64,000 bases of DNA, from NCBI GenBank assembly GCA_018606645.1, contig JAGVRI010000016.1:16790-80789 (forward strand). The letters are read 5' to 3'. The first letter of the stretch is position 1; each line of letters starts with the position of its first letter. This document shows positions 57,625 to 64,000 of the stretch, piece by piece. The position numbers were made by a program, and so were the translations under genes. The notes under the pieces are model-generated. The model saw only the letters and a list, made by a program, of their open reading frames with translations, made no database searches and was not told where the DNA came from. Source of the DNA: Chloroflexota bacterium (GTDB lineage Bacteria > Chloroflexota > Anaerolineae > JAAYZQ01).

Positions 57625-58968
57625 TTACAAGTCCGATGCTAACGGGCGGGCATTGATTGCCGCCCAACGGTTGTTCTGGAACGAGGCGACAGCCGCCAGA
57701 AGGCTATGGGTGCGCCGCCAGGTGCGCCACAGACCCCGCAACAGCGCCGAACCGGATGTCGCCCGACGCACGGCATGATACTTGGCCGCCAGGAGCTCTC
57801 TGGCAGACACCCGCATCGGTTGATAGGTGACATGATGGGCATCAAAATAGGCATACCCGTCGGGCAGGTCCTGGGCCACTAGGCGCCCTTCGTTCTCTAA
57901 GCGTTGCCATAGATCGGTACCCGGCAACGGGGTCAGGATCGTATAAACCGGGCTATCCACCCCACTGCGCGCGACAAACGACTCCAGGTCATGGAAGGTA
58001 GCCAGCGTATCCTCGTCATTGCCAAAAATGATCCCGGCCGACACGGCCATGCCATGGCTCTGGATGCGAGCAATCAGTTCCGCAAAGTGGGCTACCCCCA
58101 CTTTTAGATTGGCAACCTTCCGCAGACGCTGCAGGGTGCTCTCCTGGAGGGATTCGATCCCGACAAAGACCAGAAAACAACCCGCGCGATGCAGCCAGCG
58201 GAGCAATTCCTCGTTCTGGCCCATCTCCAGCGACGCTTGAATGGCAAAGCGCTTTTTCAGTTGGCGCTCTACCATGCCTTTGCACAGGGCGATGGCCCGC
58301 TGGGGGTCCGCCGTCAGGTTATCATCCACAAAGAAAAAGTGCCTGGCCGGAATGAGTGCTATCTCGTCCAGGACCTCATCCACCGGACGCAGCAGATAGC
58401 GCCGGCCATACAGTTTCCACACCGAACAAAACTCGCATCGGTACGGGCATCCCTTGGAGGTCAATACCGCGTCAAAATGGTAGCGATGGGGATACAGGTC
58501 CCGGCGAGGCAGCGGTAGTCCGTCCAGCGGTGGAGTCCCCCCATCATAGATGGGCTGCAATTGTCCGTGCCCCAGGTCGTCCAGCAGCCGGGGCCAGGCT
58601 CCTTCTGCCTGACCGACAAAGGCTACATCGGCGTATTGAGTGACCTCCTCCGGCAAAACGCTGGCATGGTATCCGCCGATCACCACCGGGATTCCGAGGC
58701 TGCGGAAATGGTGGGCCAGTTCGTAAGCGCGAGGGATGGTAGCAGTGTAAGAAGAAATCCCGACCAGATCGGGTTCAAAGGCAGCACAGGATTTGGCATC
58801 CTGCCCTCCATTCTCATCCACGATCCGGATTTCCCAGTCAGCAGGGGTAAGGGCCGCCACGTAGGCCAGGTTGAGGGGAGGAACGGACCGGTTCCCATTC
58901 CAGCCTCTCTGTCGCTGTCCCCTGATTTGCTGGATCGGATTGATCAGCAAAAGTCGTCGCCTGCCCAC
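57625..58968 (-). CDS. B12-binding domain radical SAM protein
   Basis: CxxxCxxC in SKGCPYRCEFCSV; N-terminal B12-binding-like region; start moved to GTG 58968 (AGGTGA RBS) because a TGGTATAAT promoter lies inside the longer track ORF. Confidence 0.8.
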   Translation of the reverse strand: MGRRRLLLINPIQQIRGQRQRGWNGNRSVPPLNLAYVAALTPADWEIRIVDENGGQDAKSCAAFEPDLVGISSYTATIPRAYELAHHFRSLGIPVVIGGYHASVLPEEVTQYADVAFVGQAEGAWPRLLDDLGHGQLQPIYDGGTPPLDGLPLPRRDLYPHRYHFDAVLTSKGCPYRCEFCSVWKLYGRRYLLRPVDEVLDEIALIPARHFFFVDDNLTADPQRAIALCKGMVERQLKKRFAIQASLEMGQNEELLRWLHRAGCFLVFVGIESLQESTLQRLRKVANLKVGVAHFAELIARIQSHGMAVSAGIIFGNDEDTLATFHDLESFVARSGVDSPVYTILTPLPGTDLWQRLENEGRLVAQDLPDGYAYFDAHHVTYQPMRVSARELLAAKYHAVRRATSGSALLRGLWRTWRRTHSLLAAVASFQNNRWAAINARPLASDL

Positions 58969-59008
58969 CTCTTCACCTGCCTGACACGCGCCGAAACTGG
59001 CGTAAGGG

Positions 59009-59017
59009 ATTATACCA
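59009..59017 (-). promoter_or_regulatory. Extended -10 promoter for the rSAM-MBL-ABC2 operon
   Basis: Minus strand TGGTATAAT about 40 nt upstream of GTG 58968. Confidence 0.4.
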
Positions 59018-59218
59018 CAATCCGGTGAGCAAGAAAAATGGCCCGTACGCTCATCCAAGGTGTGGCAAAGTCGGGCTTGGGGCGAGGTATCCCCAAGGAC
59101 GGCGTATACGGCCCATATGGGTTGTGGTCAATTCGCGGCGATTCAAGCGCCGGGTGGTCACCATGAATACCTCGCCTCTACCAGGTCAATGGAGCGTGCG
59201 ACAGCCCCTATGGCTGTT

Positions 59219-59345
59219 ACAGCGCCCAACGGGAGTGGAGGCCTCAGCCGGAACGGAAGCACGCAGAACCCCAAAGCTTCTACTCCTGGACCGTTCCGCA
59301 GAGACAGCGAGCTTGTCCACCTGCTTGGCAACCGCCGTAGCTCTG
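59219..59345 (+). repeat. Dispersed ~135-nt element, copy C (more diverged)
   Basis: ACAGCGCCCAACGGGAGTGGAGGCCTCAGCCGGAACGGAAGCACGCAGAACCCC...GCTTCTACTCCTGGACCGTTCCGCAGAG... Confidence 0.65.
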
Positions 59346-59394
59346 CCCACTGGCAGACCTTGAAGATCTGGGAAACCCTTAGGGTCTCTGCTCT

Positions 59395-59423
59395 TTGACA
59401 AAGCGTTAATCTTTATGTATGAT
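59395..59423 (+). promoter_or_regulatory. Promoter upstream of marR
   Basis: TTGACA, 17 nt, TATGAT; leaves a ~150-nt leader before ATG 59573. Confidence 0.5.
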
Positions 59424-59572
59424 ATAGGTGATACACCAGAAAAGTCGTGCTGCTCCTGTCACGGGGGTTTTCGCGGCGCGGTGGTCACTCTCGTCGTACA
59501 GCAACCTACTTCGACGGGTGAGGCATAAAAACCAAATCGAAGGAACAAGATCGGTTCGACCAGGAGACCTGA

Positions 59573-60067
59573 ATGGACTATGAACTAACCACGTCTGAAG
59601 AAGACAGACTCTGGAGGCTGCTGGGCCTGGCCTACAACACTCTCATGAATGCGATTCGAACGGAGCTGGAGCCGTTCGGCATCCAGTTGGTGCGCGCCTG
59701 GGCGTTGTGGGGCCTGAAGGCCATGGGGCGTCCGGCCACTGTGGCCGAGATGGCCGCCATCCTGGACCGCGATCACCAATCGACCAGCCAGTTGCTCAAA
59801 CGCATGGAAAAAGATGGATTGGTGAAACGGCAAAAGGGACTCGACAAGAGGGGTACCGTCACCATATCCCTCACACCCCAGGGAGATGAACTGCTGGGGC
59901 AGATTGTGGCCAACACCCAGATTATCAGCGAGGTTTTTGGCTGCCTGACCAAGGAAGAACGAGAAATACTCAGAATGATCCTGGAGAAACTGCGTACGGA
60001 AGCCCTGACCAGGGTTGCGGTCCGCTCATTGCTGCCGCCCCCCTATGCCTCCAAATTGGGTTTGTAA
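59573..60067 (+). CDS. MarR family transcriptional regulator
   Basis: Winged-helix MarR layout (ATVAEMAAILDRDHQSTSQLLKRMEKDGLVKR...DKRGTVTISLTPQG). Confidence 0.85.
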   Translation: MDYELTTSEEDRLWRLLGLAYNTLMNAIRTELEPFGIQLVRAWALWGLKAMGRPATVAEMAAILDRDHQSTSQLLKRMEKDGLVKRQKGLDKRGTVTISLTPQGDELLGQIVANTQIISEVFGCLTKEEREILRMILEKLRTEALTRVAVRSLLPPPYASKLGL

Positions 60068-60309
60068 GAGCAGTCCCCCTTGGCAGCGGCACCAGACACG
60101 TAGCCCTATGAACTGGTGGTCGCTGTCCTGATCTGCCCAGCATTCATTATCGATCGGGGCCTGCCCTCCTCCCTCACCGAAGAGGTCCCGGTGCCGTGCC
60201 CTTGCCCACAGGGCTTGTGATCGGCTCTACCGCGCAGGCTCAAGGCGTTTCTGCGAAACAATCGGCCTCACGGAAATCGTTTCTTGTTAAATCCGGCGAA
60301 TTTTGCGTA

Positions 60310-60338
60310 TTGACAAAATGCATAACCTGGTGTATACT
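60310..60338 (+). promoter_or_regulatory. Promoter of the SDR-SDR-AOR cluster
   Basis: TTGACA, 17 nt, TATACT; overlapped by the inverted repeat ATTTTG-N9-CAAAAT (possible MarR site). Confidence 0.5.
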
Positions 60339-60376
60339 CTAGATTGTACATCATCATGTCGTGGATGAGGAGCAGC

Positions 60377-61177
60377 ATGAAACCAGCAGCGGAACTACTG
60401 AACCTGACGGGCAAGGCCGCCATTGTGACCGGCGGCGCCTCGGGCATTGGCAAGGGGATCGCGCTTCGGCTCGGTGAAGCAGGGGCGGGGGTGATTGTCT
60501 CTGACATCAACATGGAGGGCGCCCGGCAGACGGTCGCCGAGATAGAGGCTCTGGGCAGCCGGGCCCGGGCCGTGTACGCGGATGCCCTGGATATCACGGC
60601 AGCGCAAAAGGTCGTGGACCTTGCCCTGGAGACTTTTGGCCGCCTCGACATTCTGGTCAACGTCGTGGGCATTCGCCTCTTTTCCTCCTTTGCTCACATT
60701 ACTGAGGATGCCTGGGACCGGATGCTCGACGCCAATCTCAAGTCCATGTTCTTCACTTCCCAGGCGGCCGCGAAGGCGATGATCAAAGGAGGCCAGGGCG
60801 GCAAGATCGTCAACATATCCTCCGTGGGCGCCGTGAGGCCACACGGCTATTGCGCGCACTATGATGCCTCGAAAGCCGGGGTTGTGGGCTTGACCCAGGC
60901 CCTCGCCCTGGAGCTGGCCCCCTATCACATTCAGGTCAATGCCATCGCGCCGGGAGGAACCATGACTCCTGGCGCTATTGAGGCCGGCAAGGGCATTCAA
61001 GCATGTCGTGACCAGTTTGAACACCCGGTTCTGAACGTCTGGTCCCTGGACGTGCCCTGGTTTCGGTTCGCTGAGCCGGATGACATCGCCAAGGTGGCGC
61101 TGTTCTTGGCCAGTGAAGCCGCCGACTATATGACCGGTTGTCTCCTGGTGGTCGATGGCGGTCGGACGCTGCTGTAA
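60377..61177 (+). CDS. SDR family oxidoreductase (FabG-like)
   Basis: TGGASGIGKG cofactor motif, catalytic YDASK; GAGGAG RBS. Confidence 0.85.
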   Translation: MKPAAELLNLTGKAAIVTGGASGIGKGIALRLGEAGAGVIVSDINMEGARQTVAEIEALGSRARAVYADALDITAAQKVVDLALETFGRLDILVNVVGIRLFSSFAHITEDAWDRMLDANLKSMFFTSQAAAKAMIKGGQGGKIVNISSVGAVRPHGYCAHYDASKAGVVGLTQALALELAPYHIQVNAIAPGGTMTPGAIEAGKGIQACRDQFEHPVLNVWSLDVPWFRFAEPDDIAKVALFLASEAADYMTGCLLVVDGGRTLL

Positions 61178-61297
61178 AGCCTGAAGCTGGCAAAGGCCGC
61201 CGCTACCATCAAGTGGCTTAAGGAGGTGACAGCATCCAGATACGAGTTCGCATTGCAGGCAAGCCAATGAACAAAAATGAAAGGAGGGACAGATTTC

Positions 61298-62143
61298 ATG
61301 AAGGACTATTTTGGCTACGCGGGCAAAGTGTGCGTGGTGACCGGCGCCGCGTCCGGTATGGGCAAGGCCACCACGGAGATGCTCGTTGATCTCGGCGCGG
61401 AGGTCTATGCGCTGGACTGGGTGGAGGTCACGGTTCCTGGCATCAAAAAGTACGTACACGTTAACCTCGGCGAGAAGGCATCGATCGATGCGGCCTTTGC
61501 CCAACTCCCCAACGAGATCGACAAGTTCTTCGGTATCGCCGGCGTTTCCGGCATGAAGACGGATTACATCACCACAGTTAAGATCAACTTTATCAGCAAC
61601 AAGTACATGATAGAGGAATACCTCACCAAACGGATGAAAGACGGTGGCGCAGTAGCGTTCATCATCTCCAGCGGTGGCCTCCGCTGGGAGAAACCGGACA
61701 ACAGGAGAGAGCTCCAGGGCGTCGTAGAAGCCAAGACATATGAGGATGTAGTGGCAGAGCTGGAGCGCCGCCATCTGCAGACAGCGCCTGGCCCTCTCGG
61801 ATATGTGTTCTCCAAGCGCGCCATGTGTTACCTGGTAGCCTGGCACGTCGCCACGTTCGGTCAGAGAAAGATCCGAATCAACGCGGTGCTTCCTGGCCCT
61901 ACCCAGAGTGGCATGACGGACGAATTTGCCGCGATGAAGGGGGGCATGGACAAGCTGCTCGAATCCAGCGGTTTTGCCGGAAGGCTGGCAACGTCCGCCG
62001 AGATGGCCGCCCCCATCGTATTCCTGAACAGTGATATGGCATCCTATATCTCGGGTGAATTGGTCTGCGTGGACTTTGGGGATAATCTGCGCCAGGTCGC
62101 CGGGCTCATCCCCGACACGTTTGATTTCCGGCTGTTCGGCTGA
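61298..62143 (+). CDS. SDR family oxidoreductase
   Basis: TGAASGMGKAT, catalytic YVFSK; AGGAGGG RBS before ATG 61298. Confidence 0.8.
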   Translation: MKDYFGYAGKVCVVTGAASGMGKATTEMLVDLGAEVYALDWVEVTVPGIKKYVHVNLGEKASIDAAFAQLPNEIDKFFGIAGVSGMKTDYITTVKINFISNKYMIEEYLTKRMKDGGAVAFIISSGGLRWEKPDNRRELQGVVEAKTYEDVVAELERRHLQTAPGPLGYVFSKRAMCYLVAWHVATFGQRKIRINAVLPGPTQSGMTDEFAAMKGGMDKLLESSGFAGRLATSAEMAAPIVFLNSDMASYISGELVCVDFGDNLRQVAGLIPDTFDFRLFG

Positions 62144-62182
62144 TGGAAACCGAGACCTAGAGAAAGGACAGAGGTGATTGAG

Positions 62183-64000
62183 ATGACAAGCATCCCTGGA
62201 TACATGGGCAAGATCCTGCGGCTCGATATGCAGCGCCACAAGGCGAGCGATTTGGTCCTGGATGATGATTTTTTGAAAAAATACTTTGGTGGGCTGACGA
62301 TGGGTGCCCGGCTGCTGTTTGACCTGGTTCCTCCGGGATGCAACGAACTCGGCCCCGAAAACAAGGTCATTCTCACCACCAGCCCGGTCACGGGGACCAA
62401 CGCCCCTGGGGTGAGCCTTGTGAACGTCACAACCAAGAGCCCGCTCTTTAACAGCGCCGCCTGCTCCCAAATGAACGGCTTCCTGGGCAAGAATATGAAG
62501 GGCGCTGGCTATGACGGCGTCATCATCGAGGGCCAGTCAGACGACTGGCAGTATGTGACCGTCATCAACGGTGTGGTAGAATTCCATGATGCTACGGGAA
62601 TACTGGGGCTGGACACCTTCTCCACGGAGAATCTCCTGAAAGAGAAGCACGGACAACCCAAAGCCAGCGTCTTCTGCATTGGCCCCGCCGGCGAGCATCT
62701 GGTGAAATTCGCAGCGGTCGAGGCTGACGATGGTCATTTCGCCTCAACGGGCGGCGCCGGCGCGGTCATGGGCTCCAAGAAGCTGAAAGCCATTCTCTTC
62801 GCGGGTGACGCCAAGCCCACGATCGCCGATCCAGAGGCCTTCCAGGAGGAGACGAAGGCCTGGCGGGAAGAGATCGCAGCCGACCCGTCGACAGCAGCCT
62901 ACAAGGCATACGGCACAATTTCCACTTTTACCAACCTCTATAACATGTGCATGCTTCCCATCAAGAACCTGCAGACCAACAGTTTCGAGTATGCCGAGGC
63001 CTACGACGGTGCCAACATCTATGGCAGGTCTGGTGTCAAGTTCACCAGGACTCCCTGCTTTGCCTGCCCCATCGGTCACTGCTTCGAGATGGAGTTCACT
63101 GAAGGCCAGCGCAAGGGTTACAAGGCCGATGCGGCCGAGTATGAGGGCCTGGCCAACTTTGGCCCAAACCTGCTGGTCAAGGACCCGCTGGACAGCATGT
63201 ACCTGAGCAGTATCAACGACCGGATGGGCATGGACCTGAAGGAGTGTGGCTTCACCATCAGTTGGGCCATGGAGTGCTATGAAAAGGGCTACTTGACCAA
63301 ACAGGACACCGACGGCCTGGATCTGACCTGGGGCAACGTTGAAGCGATCGAGATACTCCTCCACCGGATCGCCAGGCGTGAGGGCAAGTTCGCCAATATG
63401 CTGGCGGATGGTATCTGGCGTGCGTCCGAGACGGTCGGTGGTGAGGCGCGAAAATGCGCAGTGTATACAAAGCGCCACGCCCCTCACGCCCACGACCCTC
63501 GACTGATGATCGTCCTCAACCAGTCGGTGTCCGACATGGGATCCTTCCAAGGCGGCAACCCCATGAAAGCAGAACCGGCCTGCGGAATTGACCAGGCGGT
63601 CAATCCTCGCGACATGGCCGCCTTTGGTTGGGGCATGGGCATGGCCTCCAAACGCACCATGTGGCGCGACACCATGCTTGTCTGCATGTTCTGCGAGAAC
63701 AAGACGAGCGTAGAACGGCTGGTGGCAGTAGCCAACGCGGTCACCGGCATCGGCTACTCACCGAAAGAGGCCATGACGGTCGGTCACAGGGCCAACCAGC
63801 TTCTGCGCACGTTCAACCTGCTGGCTGGTATGACGCCGGACGACGACATTGCCTCTTACCGCCTGATGATCGATCAACCCGATGGCGGGTCTATGAAGGG
63901 CGTCTCCCAGGCGTGGTTCTTCGATATCCAGAAGCAGAACTACTACCGTGGCATGGGCTGGGATACGGAGACGAGCAAGCCGCTGCCTGAGACGCTGAAA
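62183..64000 (+). CDS. Aldehyde:ferredoxin oxidoreductase (AOR) family tungsto/molybdopterin enzyme, partial (runs off window end)
   Basis: My own translation from ATG 62183 stays open to 64000: MTSIPGYMGKILRLDMQ...GAGAVMGSKKLKAI..., 4Fe-4S ligands CFACPIGHC, C-terminal AOR domain motifs; not in the ORF track because no stop occurs within the window. Confidence 0.85.
   Translation, partial: MTSIPGYMGKILRLDMQRHKASDLVLDDDFLKKYFGGLTMGARLLFDLVPPGCNELGPENKVILTTSPVTGTNAPGVSLVNVTTKSPLFNSAACSQMNGFLGKNMKGAGYDGVIIEGQSDDWQYVTVINGVVEFHDATGILGLDTFSTENLLKEKHGQPKASVFCIGPAGEHLVKFAAVEADDGHFASTGGAGAVMGSKKLKAILFAGDAKPTIADPEAFQEETKAWREEIAADPSTAAYKAYGTISTFTNLYNMCMLPIKNLQTNSFEYAEAYDGANIYGRSGVKFTRTPCFACPIGHCFEMEFTEGQRKGYKADAAEYEGLANFGPNLLVKDPLDSMYLSSINDRMGMDLKECGFTISWAMECYEKGYLTKQDTDGLDLTWGNVEAIEILLHRIARREGKFANMLADGIWRASETVGGEARKCAVYTKRHAPHAHDPRLMIVLNQSVSDMGSFQGGNPMKAEPACGIDQAVNPRDMAAFGWGMGMASKRTMWRDTMLVCMFCENKTSVERLVAVANAVTGIGYSPKEAMTVGHRANQLLRTFNLLAGMTPDDDIASYRLMIDQPDGGSMKGVSQAWFFDIQKQNYYRGMGWDTETSKPLPETLK

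Noticed and set aside
60395-62470. 691-aa minus-strand ORF, the longest unexplained ORF in the track
   Set aside because: It is antisense to two SDR genes that have clear cofactor and catalytic motifs and good RBSs. Its translation is Gly/Arg/His-rich with no recognisable domain. It is a typical high-GC shadow ORF.

Overview
High-GC bacterial chromosomal window. Gene content, promoter style and repeat type suggest Chloroflexota, but that is an inference I cannot verify here. About 60 protein-coding genes are supported; no rRNA, tRNA or CRISPR array was found. Five regions stand out. (1) 0.4-5.1 kb is an integron-like array. It has a decayed divergent intI remnant, a perfect consensus Pc-like promoter, an attI-like region, and four same-strand cassettes (Mrr endonuclease, FG-GAP protein, NUDIX hydrolase, SAM methyltransferase). 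Each cassette ends in an attC-like RYYYAAC...GTTRRRY palindrome. (2) 30.8-38.4 kb is a tightly overlapped minus-strand Type I R-M operon: hsdM, MNT, HepT, hsdS, RAYT, hsdR, DUF45. It embeds a HepT/MNT toxin-antitoxin pair and a REP-associated tyrosine transposase (RAYT). Seven copies of a GTAGGGGC...GCCCCTAC palindrome family sit in frame inside hsdR, hsdS, hsdM and the RAYT gene itself. An eighth copy supplies the stop codon that truncates intI. (3) 22.2-30.5 kb is an uncharacterised 8-gene minus-strand envelope operon. It encodes a double zinc-ribbon protein with about nine 27-aa PEWL repeats, a GlmL/MutL-like actin-fold ATPase, several membrane proteins and an LAxTG-type sorting-signal protein. 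(4) 16.1-22.0 kb is a PspA, SBP-like, SBP-vWA, coiled-coil membrane protein and LivJ-like module with no transporter components. (5) A ~135-nt element occurs three times (30.6, 42.3 and 59.3 kb), and its differences are G-U compatible on one strand only. The rest is housekeeping or metabolic: tilS, DUF881 pair, alpha-oxoamine synthase, TldD/PmbA, PadR plus an Fe/B12-type ABC importer, XdhC, glucokinase, mtnP, glutamate formimidoyltransferase, glpK, M14 carboxypeptidase, an rSAM-MBL-ABC2 operon, and MarR-SDR-SDR-AOR. Many long ORFs in the track are antisense shadow ORFs typical of high-GC DNA and were rejected.
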